64,000 nt of DNA from Octopus vulgaris (GCA_951406725.2 OX597821.1:47244001-47308000); one strand, 5' to 3'; counted from the stretch's first letter, positions 11,568 through 25,989 are shown. Made by a program: numbers and translations. Notes: generated from the letters alone by a model not told the origin.

Positions 11568-11684
11568 ATAAACTTACTTGGAAATGGATGCGTGGCGTTC
11601 AATCAATAAAATATATATATATATGCATATTATACATACATATGTCTATATACGTACATATATATATATGTATATATATGCATA

Positions 11685-12240
11685 TATGGGTACAGGGCGT
11701 CACAAAACGTGAAGAACATGAAATACGAAGACAAACTTGGGTATGCGAACAACGAGGGAAACAAATGGAAAGCAAGGCAAGTAACATAAATAACAGCCCT
11801 TCATCAGTTGTCGGCTGTCCATCTACTCCTCATTTCGAGCAATTAACAACAATATGAGGTTTCGAAAGGCAGTTGCTCGTGCGAACTAAAATTAAATTTG
11901 GGATTTGCGGAGGGTCAAAGTTGGTAACAAAAACAGGACAGTGGAGACATACAACAAGCCATACGAAAACAAACATGGAGATTCGTTAAGCCAGACGAGG
12001 TAAGGTAGCGAACGCTGGAGGAATATTGTTTTTGACAAGAGAAAAGATAGAAGAGGAGACAGATAAGGAGGCGTCTGGTCTGTAAGACAGACTGAAAGAA
12101 AAGGAAGATGATCCCGTGAGAAAAAGAAAGATGGACGAGAGACAGACAGACAGATAGCTGCATACCAGGGATTGAAATAATTTGAAAAGTATGAAAGGCG
12201 GAAGTGTGTGAGCAAGTATTTTCGACTATTGCACACAGGT
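11685..12240 (-). mobile_element. Unclassified interspersed repeat embedded between microsatellites
   Basis: End motif gtacagggcgtcacaaaacgtg resembles gtacaggacaccgcaa at ~52165; contains CTGATGA and CGAAA boxes in reversed order. Confidence 0.4.
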
Positions 12241-12244
12241 ACGT

Positions 12245-12280
<36 letters not shown>

Positions 12281-12314
12281 GCATAGATACATACACACAC
12301 ATACATTCATATAA

Positions 12315-12369
<55 letters not shown>

Positions 12370-12738
12370 CTAGTTTCGGTTCGAGAGCTGTAGCCATGCT
12401 GGGGCACTGCTGTTTGCTTTGCTACACTTTCATTAAACCTCCTCTGGAGGATATGTACCCAAAATACCCACAGGACCCTTCACTCGTAAGCGAGTACGAA
12501 GCGAGTATGCTTCATGCATTTTTCCCCTAATTATTTTAGGTATCTCGATTATTGTGAGTAGATAAAGGTGTTTCTGGATTTAATACCTAAAGGTGAATGT
12601 TAAATCATTAAAATTTTGATCAAGATAGTTTGTGATATTATCCAACATCACTTTATGTCTTAATATCCTGCTCAGATCCATTTTGTCTTTCAGATTCACG
12701 TCATCTCACGTCCTGCCCTTGGTCAATATTGTTCATAA

Positions 12739-13133
12739 TCTTTATATATAAAAGTGAGGTTGTGTGGTGTCTGTCTCCTACGATTTAGATTCCTAACTAC
12801 TCCCACATTTTGCGGTGCAGTGTAACCAAAAGCGGGTATCTTATAGTCGTGATTCATATCGAGCCCTTCTGGGTATTAGCGCGCGTCTACGATGAGTCTA
12901 CGATTAAAAACAAAATTACCATAATTTTTTCCAGTTTTAATGCATTTTTTTGCTATTATATAAGGGAAATAACTCTCTAAAATTGTATTATTAAATCTCA
13001 GAACGTAAAAAGCTACAGTAACCCCCCCTTTGTGGTTAGCCATATTCAGATGGCTATTATACTTTACATCTCTAAAAATGCTTATATAGTTATTTCCCTT
13101 ACAAACCCGAGCAACGCCGGGCGATACTGCTAG
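12739..13133 (+). mobile_element. Non-autonomous Helitron (~395 bp)
   Basis: A|TCtttatatataaaag start, cccgagcaacgccggg hairpin, CTAG|T end. Confidence 0.85.
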
Positions 13134-13239
13134 TAGTTAATAAAATACTTCGTATCTCACAAGACAGTAGTGAATGTCCTAAGCTTGGTTGCAGTGCAAT
13201 AAGTCTATTCTACTGAATTTATGAATGTTGTATCGTATA

Positions 13240-13982
13240 TCTTTTATCTGTTATCTGTTTTAGTCATTAGACTGCGGCCATGCTGGGGTACGCCATGAAT
13301 TTTTAGTTGAATGAATCGACTCCAATATTTATTTCTGAAGCTTGGTACTTATTCTATCGGTCCCTTTAGTCGAACCGCTAAGTTACGGGGACGTAAACAC
13401 ACCGACACCGGTTGTCATGTGGAGATAGGGGGACAAACGCACACGCACAAACACACGCACATACGCACGCACACAAACATATATGTATATATATACGAGC
13501 TTCTTTCAGTTTCAGTCTACCAAATCCACTCACAATGCTTTGGTCGGCTCGATGATATAGTTGAAGACACTAGCCCAAGGTACCATGTAGTCTGCGGCCA
13601 TGCTGGAGTACGCCATGAAATTTTAGTTGAATGAATCGACTCCAATATTTATTTCTGAAGCTTGGTACTTATTCTATCGGTCTCTTTAGTCGAACTGCTA
13701 AGTTATGGGGATTTAAACACACCAACATCGGTTGTCATGTGGAGATAGGGGGACAAACGCACACACACACAAACACACGCACATACGCACGCACACAAAC
13801 ATATATGTATATATATACGACGTGCTTTTTTCAGTTTCCGTCTACTAAATCCACTCACAAGGCTTTGGTCGGCCCGAGGATATAGTTGAAGACACTAACT
13901 AGCCCAAGGTACCACGTTGTAGGACTGAACCCAGAACCTTGTGGTTGGAAAGCAAGCTTCTCTTATATCACACAGCCACTCT
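13240..13982 (-). mobile_element. SINE family A with ~320 bp internal tandem duplication
   Basis: 13272-13590 repeated at 13592-13910 (paired ORFs 13311 and 13631 reflect this). Confidence 0.85.
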
Positions 13983-14221
13983 TATATATTTATATTTTTA
14001 ATCGTTAATTTATGAGTTGATGTCGTTTTGTATGATCTCCGCATAGTGAAAAAGTACAAGTTTGATCATGGGTTTCGCTACACAAGCGATGACTGACAGC
14101 TGAAGGTCACTTACACTTTCTGTTCTAGAACAGAGCAAGATCCTATCGTTCATAAAACAGCACAGGTGTCATAAATACGGCGATAAATAATGGTTAGCAG
14201 ATGGCGACAGAGAAAGTGAAA

Positions 14222-14306
14222 GAGACAGACAGACAGACAGACAGACACGCGCGCACGCACACATACACACACACACACACACACAGATAGACAGACACAC
14301 AGATGC

Positions 14307-14379
<73 letters not shown>

Positions 14380-14416
14380 CATGCAGGCAGTCAGACAAAC
14401 AGGCAGGCAGGCAGTC

Positions 14417-14459
<43 letters not shown>

Positions 14460-14464
14460 TAGAC

Positions 14465-14529
<65 letters not shown>

Positions 14530-14565
14530 TGTTTCTTTATTAGCCACACAGGGCTGCACACAGAC

Positions 14566-14657
<92 letters not shown>

Positions 14658-14660
14658 GTA
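14222..14660. repeat. (GACA)n/(GATA)n compound microsatellite
   Basis: Directly visible; similar block at 16583-17040. Confidence 0.95.
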
Positions 14661-15039
14661 GAGAAAGTGAAGACAGAAGGAAGATTGCGACGCGACGCAA
14701 TTGGAACATGGCTGTGTAGTTAAGGAGTTCTCTTTGTAATAACGAACTGTTTGATCCGATGACGACGACCACGACGACCACATCGACGACGACGACGATG
14801 ATGATGATGATGATGATAGCGGCGGTAGTAGTGGTGGTGGTGGTCGTCGTCGTCGTCGTTGTGGTAGTTATGGTTACCGTGGTAGTGGTTCGTGTGTGTA
14901 TATGTGTCTTTCTATTGCATTTGTGCAAGTATATCTACATTTGTGTTTATGTGTGTATGAATAAATATATGTATAAATATTTGCGTAATTTGCATGCATG
15001 AATGTGTGTACGTCTATGTCTACATGTCTGTATATGTCT

Positions 15040-15444
15040 GTGGTGTCATATGAAATTGTCCCCCATAATTATGACCCTAGTATCGATCTATTGCATTTCA
15101 ATCTGTTTTTGGGTTTGGGTTAGTTAGGGTTGGGGTTTGGGGTGGGGGGAAGGATATCTTTTTTTTTTTTCAGAAATGTAAATAAACCCAATCTGTTTCT
15201 TAAACGAGGAACATATTGATACGGCACAGAATGTTTTTTTTTACCTCAATAGGCGTCATTGATTGGTTGAAATTGCAGAAATTGAAGAAAAAACAACATA
15301 TATCTTACAAACTATAGAATTTTCTCAATAAAGCCAAGAGAAAAAGATGTTTTATAAACACATTCTATCAGTATACGAAGTTTAAAAGTGTTTAGTTACG
15401 TGGAAATTATTTAAAAAAAACTGCCGTTCAAACCGAAAAAATCC
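15040..15444 (+). mobile_element. Telomeric-repeat-bearing TIR element, 5'-truncated copy
   Basis: Aligns with 24595-24974; degenerate ttaggg tract at ~15108-15150; right TIR ctgccgttcaaaccgaaaaaatcc. Confidence 0.8.
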
Positions 15445-15500
15445 ATATAATATATGCATATGTATATGTATATATAGGTCTATATTTATATGTATGTATG

Positions 15501-15534
<34 letters not shown>

Positions 15535-15927
15535 TGTATGTATATACATGCGTATATTGCGTGTGTATATATGTATATATATATATAAATTTGTGGGCAT
15601 GTTTGTGTTTATCTTTGCGTATGTGTGAATGAGTGGAAACACACAAGCATAAAATGCTTATTCATGTGTATGTATGTTTATGCGTGTGTATGTTTGTGTG
15701 TGTGTGTGTGTGTGTCTGTGCATGTGTGTTGTGTGTGTATGTTTGTTTGTGTGTGTGTGTGTGTATATGTGCGTGCCTGTGTGTGTGTTAGTGTGTCGTG
15801 TGCGCGCGTGTTGTGTGTGTGTGCACGCGTGTGTATGCGCATGTGTGTGCCTTGCGAGCGTGTGTGTGTGCGAGCGTGTGTGTGTGTGTGTGTGTGTGTG
15901 CGCGTGTGCGTGTATGTGGGGGGGGGG

Positions 15928-15959
<32 letters not shown>

Positions 15960-16582
15960 ACACATGCTTCGATGCTTATAAAGGGAGATCGAGTTATGAC
16001 TTCCCCTTTTCTGGTTTCCATTCCATCCTCTTCCGCTCTACCAACACCACCACTCAACAGCCACCATCAACACCCTATACCACCCCGAAACGCCCCAACA
16101 GCACCAATACCACGCCGACTCCACCAACACTTCCCGTCACCATCAACACCACATCCAGCACCACCAGCATCGCGCCGCTACCACCAGCACTGCTAACTTC
16201 ACCACCACGTCGACATCACAAACAACACCTGACACCACCAACCTCACCATGACCACTACCATTGTCAAAACAAACGAGCCGCCAATTTTCGAGACTCTAT
16301 GTGGTCGTTCTACCTTCTAGAAATAGAAACTATGATTTCCTTGAATCACCCTATTGTGGGAGATAAATATATTGCTGGATAATGTGGCTTGCAGTTTCCC
16401 TACGCATAGACAGGCTGGTGGTCATGGTTGGAATGCTTTTGATTAATGGTATGCTTGGTTAGATATGGTGCTAAACAACAAAACGACAACAGTCCTTCAT
16501 TCAGTGGATCTTCGTCCCACAACATCATACATTATTGTTCAAACATACACACACACACACCATATCATATACATATATCGGC

Positions 16583-16672
<90 letters not shown>

Positions 16673-16856
16673 TTATGTTTCTTTATTAGCTACACGGCTG
16701 CACACAGATAGAACAAATTAATAGGTAGAGCTTTTCTTTTGGGGGTAAAAAAAAAACAAAAAAAATTTTTTCCTCTCCCCCTTTTTTTACCCACCCCCCT
16801 TTTTGTCCTCTTTCTTTCCTTTTAAGATAGATAGATAGACAGATAGATAGACAGAC

Positions 16857-16919
<63 letters not shown>

Positions 16920-16967
16920 CAGACAGACATACAGATAGACAGCTGGCTATCTAGCTAGCTAGCTAGC

Positions 16968-17039
<72 letters not shown>

Positions 17040-17321
17040 GAAATAGACATAATTATATATTGCAAATACACACATACACACATAAATACATACACATAAA
17101 AATACAAATATACTTACTAGCATACACACAGAAATACATAATCGTAAACGTAAATGCAAATGTTAATACATAAACACAAACTAACACACAGCCTCAAGAA
17201 CATAAACACACGTGCGCACAAATATACACACGCATAAAGAAAACCATACGCGCGCTCACATAAACATACACAAACTGCAGAAGATTATGAGGCCACAACA
17301 ATAAATAAATACATAGCATAT

Positions 17322-17710
17322 GGAATGGAAGCACTCCGTCGGTTACGACGACGAGGGTTCCGGTTGATCCGAATCAACGGAACAGCCTGCTCGTGAAATT
17401 AACGTGTAAGTGACTGAGCACTCCACAGACACGTGTACCCTTAACGTAGTTCTCGGGGATATTCAGAGTGACACAGAGAGTGACAAGGCCGGCCCTTTGA
17501 AATACAGGTACAACAGAAACAGGAAGTAAGAGTGAGAGAAAGTTGTGGTGAAAGAGTACAGCAGGGATCACCACCATCCCCTGCCGGAGCCTCGTGGAGC
17601 TTTAGGTGTTTTCGCTCAATAAACACTCACAACGCCCGGTCTGGGAATCGAAACCGCGATCCTATGACCGCGAGTCCGCTGTCCTAACCACTGGGCCATT
17701 GCGCCTCCAC
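17322..17710 (-). mobile_element. tRNA-derived SINE family B, full length, RTE-like 3' tail
   Basis: A/B boxes; tail ctcgtcgtcgtaaccgacggagtgc; TSD ACATAGCATAT (17311-17321/17711-17721). Confidence 0.9.
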
Positions 17711-18171
17711 ACATAGCATATACACATAAGCTCACTCCCTCCATCAGATCGGGTTCTACATATCAGATATCGAAATGATCGCAAAGCAACGTGAAATGAA
17801 GTGCATTGCTCAAGAACACAGCGCCACGCCCGGTCTGGAAATCGAACCCACGATCTCGCAATCTTGAAAGCAACACATTAACCACTAAGCCATTTATACA
17901 CACATACACGTTTGAATACGTATTTATGTAAACATTCGAACTCCATACACAAATACATACCTATATACCATAATTGCCTGCGTATAAGACCCACTTTTGC
18001 ATAAGACACACCCTTATATTACAAATGTATGTTGTGGAAAAATTTGCAGTTTCATCTAAGTATTTTTGTTGAGCTGAATATATGATTCTTTACATGTAAA
18101 TGCATCATTGTGACAGTATACAGGAGTAAAGTATGAAATCATAAATTTATCATATATAAACTTCCTTGTAC

Positions 18172-18526
18172 TTTTTTTTTTCGGAAGCACTCCGTCGGTT
18201 ACGACGACGAGGGTTCCGGTTGATCCGAATCAACGGAACTGCCTGCTCGTGTACCCTTAACGTAGTTCTTGGGGATATTCAGCGTGACACAGAGAGTGAC
18301 AAGGCCGGCCCTTTGAAATACAGGTACAACAGAAACAGGAAGTAAGAGTGAGAGAAAGTTGTGGTGAAAGAGTACAGCAGGGATCACCACCACCCCCTGC
18401 CGGAGCCTCGTGGAGCTTTAGGTGTTTTCGCTCAATAAACACTCACAACGCCCGGTCTGGGAATCGAAACCGCGATCCTATGACCGCGAGTCCGCTGCCC
18501 TAACCACTGGGCCATTGCGCCTCCAC
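18172..18526 (-). mobile_element. SINE family B with a ~40 bp deletion
   Basis: Near-identical to the 17322 copy; flanks cttgtact duplicated. Confidence 0.9.
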
Positions 18527-18714
18527 TTTCTTGTACTAGTACCGATTCGTACTTACTCTGTCATCTGTAATATTTTCATTTTGAGAGAGTCAGTTTCATG
18601 CTATTCTGGAGATTCGCCCGAGTGCTCAGATGGCCACTAGGAAATTACTTCAATGTAAACAAAAGATTGCCTCGTTCAAAATAAAAATATTGAGTACTTT
18701 AAAATATTGGTTTT

Positions 18715-18918
18715 CCTATTTTGGTACAAGGCCGGCAATTTCGGGGAAGGAGTAAGTCTATTAAATCGACCCCAGTGCTCAACTGGTACTTATTTTATCG
18801 AACCCGAAAAGATGAAAGGTAAAGCCGACCTCGGTGGAATTTGAACAGCGTAAAGACGGACGAAATGCCGCTAAGCATTTTGTCCGGTGTATTAACGATT
18901 CTGCCAGCTCGCCGCCTT
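18715..18918 (-). mobile_element. SINE family C variant
   Basis: Same head and central domain as the 3619 copy, different tail. Confidence 0.75.
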
Positions 18919-19309
18919 AATCCTTATCAAGAGTACCTTTTGGCTATTTCGTCCCCATTAAAAATTTGGGTCATCTCCCCACGTTTTATGAAAAATATCG
19001 GTAGTTTTGGTTATCTCCCCCAACTAAAAAAAAAATTGTTTAACCCTCAATAAAATAAAAGAAAAATGAAAAAATTAACAAACATGGAAACTGAAAAAAA
19101 TTAATAAACATGAAAAGTGAGAAGATTAAACATCTTATTGAATCTGATAATATTTTTATAACAAATCATACAAAACTGAAAAATTATAAGCATGAACACT
19201 GAAAAAATTAAACATCTAATTGAATCTGATTATATATTTTTTTAATAACAAATCATACCATGCCTATTAAGGAGGCCAAAAGTCAACAATGTGTTGAAAT
19301 ATTGGGATA

Positions 19310-19528
19310 TACTCTTTTACTCTTTTACTCTTTTACGTGTTTCAGTCATTTGACTGCGGCCATGCTGGAGCACCGCCTTTAGTCGAGCAGATCGACCCCG
19401 GAACTTATTCTTTGTAAGCCCAGTACTTATTCTATCGGTCTCTTTTGCCGAACCGCTAAGTGACGGGGACGTAAACACACCAGCATCGGTTGTCAAGCAA
19501 TGCTAGGGGGACAAACACAGACACACAA

Positions 19529-19559
<31 letters not shown>

Positions 19560-19737
19560 CATACATATATACGACAGGCTTCTTTCAGTTTCCGTCTACC
19601 AAATCCACTCACAAGGCATTGGTCGGCCCGAGGCTATAGCAGAAGACACTTGCCCAAGATGCCACGCAGTGGGACTGAACCCGCAACCATATGGTTGGTT
19701 AGCAAGCTACTTACCACACAGCCACTCCTGCGCCTAT
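19310..19737 (-). mobile_element. SINE family A, full length
   Basis: Matches the 5596-6004 copy. Confidence 0.9.
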
Positions 19738-20844
19738 CTTTACCTTTTTGACGTACAGATTTAAAAAATAATTTTTGTAACTAAACACTGGTAGAATGTA
19801 TCATATAAAACATGTTTTAATCTTAGCATTTTTGAGAAAAAACTTTCCTCAGAAAGTACTCAGTCCCTGTTGGCTTCCCATTTGTCCTCTACACTATTAA
19901 ACAGACAACGTAGTTATAGCTGGAACGCTTTGATTTTGTTCTCCTTGATCACCGTTGGCACCTACCAACGCACACACTTCATTGTAAACCTGGTGAAAGT
20001 TGTACTTCAGATAACAATCTCTGTCACCAGGTCTTTCACACAGGCTTATCATCATTGCAGACAACTGGAGATGTAAATCTCGTGGCATGGCTGACATTTT
20101 GATGATGCATCAGCGATATAGCAGCCATCTTTAGAGATGATGACTCTTGCTGTAAATGTACGAGGGGTGGGAACACATGGCTAATGGCAACTGAACTCAC
20201 CTGGGAATACTTAATTCAACCAATTTAGCTTCAACATTGAACAGATCAACAACAACGTTGACCAAACTTTCACCACATTACACACTCTTCCTCCGACTGC
20301 CTCTCTTCCTTCCCTCAATTTTTATTTCCTATTGCTCCAACCCCTACTTCTAACATTCTTATACCCTGCTCCTGCTATATCTCATTCTCACATCCTCCTT
20401 CTCCTTCTCCCCTTCCTTCTTCCATCTCATTCTGTTTCACATCGTCTTTCATATTAATGTCCTGTTATTTACTTTTTTAATTTTGTCCTCTAGTTTTTGC
20501 TTCCGTTTAGCTCTCATCCTCATCTCTTGCCTTCCTTCTTCCCCTTTCTTTCTTTTTACTTACAATTATTCTGTTTCTTTTTCGATCTACCTTTCTGTCA
20601 TTAACCATGATTCCACACATTAATTAATGGTTGATAAGACTTTAAAAATAAGGTATGGGATAACACAACCAACCATTATTTTATCCCCTATGAAAAGAAT
20701 ACAATATGAAAACACTTTCGATCTTTCTTTCCACCCCCCTCTTTCTCTCTCTGTGCGTGTGCAATATTTTCCTTCCTAATTACTTGTTGAGTAGTTCATT
20801 ACAAAGTTTACCTCTGTTCGTTACAACATCCTTTCTTCGATCAT

Positions 20845-21680
20845 GTATAGGTGTGGCTGTGGATTTGAGGTAGTCCATGATTTCATCTACCTCAGCTCTA
20901 CCATTGCTGATGACCTCTCCCTAGACCCTAAGATCAACAGGCGAATTGGACGAACATCCTCCACATCTGCCAGGTTCATAAAGAGAGTCTTGGAAAACAG
21001 AAAACACCACGATTGTTGTCTATAAAGCTTGCGTCCTTAGTACGCTATTTTACAGCAGTGAGACGTGGAGCCTCTACCCCAGACAGGAGCGGTATTTCAA
21101 CGTCTTCCTCTTTCGTAATCTGAGAAGTGTCTTGGATATCAAGTGGATCGACTGCATCACCAACACCAAAGTCCTCAACTGTGCCAAGATACCCAATATA
21201 CTCACCCTGCTCCAGCTGCGTCATCTGCGCTGGCTCGATCATATATGTCGCATACCAGATGGGAGAATCCCCAAAGACCTCCTGTGTGGGGAATTGGCCT
21301 CCGGCACAAGAGCACGAAGACGACTTCAGCTTCGTTTCAAGCACGTCTGCAATAAAGATACGAAAGTCGCTTGATCTGGACATCCTGAGATTGAAGGAAG
21401 TCACAGAGGATCGCCCACACTGGAGACAAATACTGCGAAAGGAGATGAAACGAGGAGAAGAAAAACAGGAACTTGCCACCAAAGAAAAGCACACTCGACG
21501 GAAGGAAAAACCAATAGCTCCGGCAGAGAGCTCCTTCAAATGCAGTCGCTGTATGCGTGACTGCTACTCTCGTGTGGGCCTGTATAGTTACAACTGATGC
21601 TGCTCCGCCATCAGCAGCTGATACGATTTCTTTGGGCGCTGATCCATGGTCTCTCAAGACCGATGGATGCCTACTACTAT
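20845..21680 (+). mobile_element. 5'-truncated RTE-clade LINE (RT C-terminus, zinc-finger-like tail, 3' end)
   Basis: FIYLSSTI..INRRIG, YKACVLSTLFYSSETW, LRWLDHICRIPDGRIPKDLLCGELASG, FKCSRCMRDCYSRVGLYS; ends ggatgcc(tac)n; frameshifted. Confidence 0.9.
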
Positions 21681-21741
21681 ACATTGGATTAATGTAAGTA
21701 TGCAGATGAGCTTCCCAAGGTCCTACCTTGGATTATAACTC

Positions 21742-21799
<58 letters not shown>

Positions 21800-21994
21800 A
21801 TGTATGTATGTATGTATGTATGTACGCATGTATGTGTGTGTATGTATGTATGTATGTATGTATAGGCGTTGGCGTGGTTGTGTAGTGTAGGGGGTTCAGT
21901 CTCGTGTGAGACACCTTGGACAAGTGCCTTCTACTATAGCCCCGAGGCCTTGTGAGTGGACTTGGTAAGCAGAAACGGAAAGAAACACCTGTGC

Positions 21995-22055
<61 letters not shown>

Positions 22056-22911
22056 TGTTTGTGTGTGTATGTGCGTATGCGTGAGCGCATGCATGTCAAG
22101 TTAAATACATGTGAACAGTTTAACATTAAACTGGAGAATTACTCAATACTTTTTAGTAGAGAATATGTTTATTAAACTTATGCAAGAAGCGGGGTAAAAG
22201 TGACTTCGAACTTCGGCCTGGAAGATTTCGACAGACTGTCATATAAATATATAAAGATACACGCAAACATAGAAGCAAACACACACACACACACACACAT
22301 TACTACCAGTACTTTTCACTACTGTAATGCTGCTGTACTATTGATGTATAGTATTGCCGGTTGTATAAGGTGTGAAGTTGCTGCAAAGCTGATGTATATA
22401 TAGCACTACTGATACGATGAAACGTGGTGTTATTGTAATATTGATTTCATAGCAATATGTTGGGGGTAGTTTGAAAGAACTTAACACCTAAGTGCTAAAT
22501 ACATTAGTAAATATGTCTGCGACTGCAAAATGACAGGAGATTGGTTTCAAGAATCTGTATAATTAACAACACAGAATTAATTGAGTTTCAAATTACTATG
22601 AGTGGTAAAAATTGGCTCGATAAGAGGAAGGGAAAAAATATTTTCAAACCAGAAATATTACAGACACTGGGAAATAATTTGGTAAAATTGTTTAAGCGTC
22701 AGATTGATTAGTTTGAAGTATTTGTTTCGACTCATTACATTCTGAGTTCAAATCAAGACAAGGTCGATTTAATCGATAACCAATCTATGTCGCGATGCAA
22801 TGGACTAGTATGGTATAAGTGTTCTCAAATCACCGCCCAGTCTAGGACTTACAAGTAATGACAGTGGTCGGAATATACTGCCATCTCATCAATAGTTGAC
22901 TACCTGTAACA

Positions 22912-23900
22912 CAGTGGTTCTCAAAGGAGACATGCTTAGGTGTGCCCCACGAAATTCTACGATCTAGTTAGATATTTGTGATGATAAAAAATTAATTTAT
23001 AGTACATTATATCCTTACTTCAGCATTGAAAAGTACTTCACGGTAGATCATTATTATTATGTTAAGAGCGGTAAGATTTGCAGCAAGGAACAGCTAGTTT
23101 CCCGAAGAAGATTTTATACACGATGTAAACTCGCTCGTTCAAACGAGTTTTGTACTGATGAGCAAGTGCGGCTAATGCCGCGCTGTAGTGTAGCGGTGAC
23201 AGCAGCAGTAATAGGTTCTGTTGTGATAGTGCAACGTGTTTTCGTGACACATATTCTTGTCACTGATATATCTATCTAACCATCTAAAACTTTAATCTTT
23301 AATGTTACATTTGTTAAAGGTAAACGACAGATAAAAGTTTCAGATAAATATACAATAATACACCCATGCAAATGGATAGATTTCTAAAACAGAAACGTGA
23401 ATGTGATTCCGGAAGTGAACACAGCGGAAACAGTTCCAGTAAGAGAGCCAAAGCGTGGTCTACTTGCAAATATGATGAAAGTTATTTAGGATTTGGTTTT
23501 CATTGGACTGGAAACATATATGATCCTTTGTTGTTATATTTAATGTGTGGATGCAAAATGTCAAACGAATTATTGGTTCCTAGTAAACTGAGCAAGCATT
23601 TTAAAACCAAGCACTCTCATTTACAAGGTAAATCTATAAGTTATTTCAAAAGATTGTTAGAACTGCAGATCAGAGAAGGAAACTCTTTCGAATGTATAAT
23701 GACGATTTTCGAAAAAGCTCAAATTACTTCTTACTGTAATTTTCAACATTATAGTTATGCAAATTAGGATTTTCTACTCTCACCAACATCAAGTGCAAAA
23801 AGAGAACAAATCTTCAGACTATTAACGAGAGGAAATGAGAGTTTGCTTATCATCATTAAAGAAATTGCCAAGACTCGCCAGTTTCATACTTCTCATCAGC
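22912..23900 (+). mobile_element. Internally deleted hAT (Buster/Charlie-like) transposon
   Basis: Left end CAGTGGTTCTCAAA; ORF 23366..23767 KYDESYLGFGF..C..MSNE.LVPSKL.KHFKTKH (BED-like finger) joined to the C-terminal GFSTLTNIK.KKR..MRVCLS..TSH. Confidence 0.8.
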
Positions 23901-23920
23901 GCAAAATAGATAATGAATAA

Positions 23921-24128
23921 AGGTGGTGAGCTGGCGGAAACGTTAGCACGCCGGGCGAAATGCGTAGCCGTATTTCGTCTGCCGCTACGTTCTGAGTTCA
24001 AATTCCGCCGAGGTCGACTTTGCCTTTCATCCTTTCGGGGCCGATTAAGTAAGTACCAGTTACGCACTGGGGTCGATATAATCGACTTAATCCGTTTGTC
24101 TGTCCTTGTTTGTCCCCTCTATGTTTAG
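23921..24128 (+). mobile_element. SINE family C (further fragments at 24155-24480, minus)
   Basis: ggtggtgagctggcggaaacgttagc..gagttcaaattccgccgaggtcgactttgcc. Confidence 0.85.
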
Positions 24129-24556
24129 TTGAATGATCACAGTGCCCAGCTAATACGAAAGGATGAACGGCAAGTCGACGTCGGCGAGATTTGAATTTAG
24201 AACAATATGAAAAATACCGCGAAGCATTTTTCCGACGGTCTAACAATTCTCCCAGCCGGTCGCCTAAATAATAATTTTTTCTCCTATAGGCACAAAGCCT
24301 GGAATTAGGTGGGAAGGGGATAGTCAATTGCATCAACCCCAGTGTTCGGCTGATACTTATTTTATTGACCCTGAAAGAATGAGCAATAAAGTCGACCTCG
24401 GCGGAATTTGAACTCAGAACGTAAAGCTACCAGAGATTCTACAGAGCATTTTGCCCAACCTGCTGACGATTTTACCACTATGTTGATCTCAGCATTCAGG
24501 CAACGACAGTAAAAGTTTTGGTGCCTATTTCCCCTCCATCATGAAACAGATTGTTC

Positions 24557-24974
24557 GAATCTTTTCGGTTTGAACGGCAGTTTTTTCTAGCGGTGTCAGA
24601 TGAAATTGTCACCCATAATTATGACCCTAGTATCGATCTATTGCATTGCAATCTGTTTTAGGGTTAGGGTTAGGGTTAGGGGTGGGGGAAGGGTATCTTT
24701 TTTTCTTCACAAATGTAAATAAACCCAATCTGTTTCTTAAACGAGGGACATATTCATACGGCACAGAATGTTTTTTTTTACCTCAGTGATTGGTTGAAAT
24801 TGCAGAAATTGAAGAAAAAAAAACAACAATAAATATCTTACAAACTATAGAATTTTCTCAATAAAGCCAAGAGAAAAAGATGTTTTATAAACACATTCTA
24901 CCAGTATACGAAGTTTAAAAATTTTAGTTACCTAGAAATTATGTTAAAAACTGCCGTTCAAACCGAATAGATCC
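24557..24974 (+). mobile_element. Non-autonomous TIR element with internal (TTAGGG)4
   Basis: ~28 bp TIRs gaatcttttcggtttgaacggcagtttt / aaaactgccgttcaaaccgaatagatcc; 8-bp TSD GATTGTTC (24549-24556/24975-24982); TTAGGG x4 at 24658-24681. Confidence 0.85.
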
Positions 24975-24994
24975 GATTGTTCATATATAAGTGT

Positions 24995-25126
<132 letters not shown>

Positions 25127-25872
25127 GTGCGTGTTTGTTTATGTACGAGCGCAAGCGTTTATGTAGTCTTTTACAATGACTTTCCACTCTATTATGTATG
25201 TTGTTTCGCTCGGCAATAAAAGTTTTTTAAAAAAATGAGAAAAATCGCAACAATCCCACCATTATTTCATTAAGAGACAGATAAGTAAATAATTTACTAA
25301 AAACATCATACATATTTCTAACATTTTCCATTTTTCGCTGAAAATATAATATAAGGGATATAACTCTTCCCTTTTTATAAGACGTTTATTATTTACATGT
25401 ACGAGTTATCTCCCATACAATAGTTCTTTCAACTTTCACTAATTTATTTTTTAATTAAGTATTCTTTTAAAAATATTTCCTAGTATACAACTGAGATCCA
25501 CATGCTACTTGTGGGTCCTTGTAAGATTTAGATATAAAGAAATTATGTGCAAAAAATCGGTTATTTTTCTACCTTACAAAATATTTAAACAATTTTCTTA
25601 ATATAACTCCTGATATTTAATTATAAAAATGTAATAGGATATTTTTTAAACATCGTGTGTGTGTGTGTATGTTTTTGTGTGTTTGTCCCCCGACCGTCGC
25701 TTGACAACCGATGTTGGTGTGTTTACATCCCCATAAGTTAGCGGTTCGGCAAAAGGGTCCGAGAGAATAAGTACTAGGCTTACAAAGAATAGGTCAACAC
25801 GTCGGTTTGTTCGACTAGATGTGGTGCTCCAGCATGACCACATTCAAATGACTGAAACAAGTAAAAGAAGGA

Positions 25873-25945
<73 letters not shown>

Positions 25946-25958
25946 TGTGTGTGTGTGA

Positions 25959-25985
<27 letters not shown>

Positions 25986-25989
<4 letters not shown>

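Noticed and set aside
23366-23767. Domesticated ZBED/SCAND-like host gene (similarly TIGD-like at 56129-56512, PIF1 at 45577-45924, SETMAR-like at 34332-35164)
   Set aside because: All are broken by stops, frameshifts or deletions and retain transposon ends.
24658-24681. (TTAGGG)4 as a chromosome end or fusion scar
   Set aside because: It lies inside a TIR/TSD-bounded repeat with a second copy in the window.
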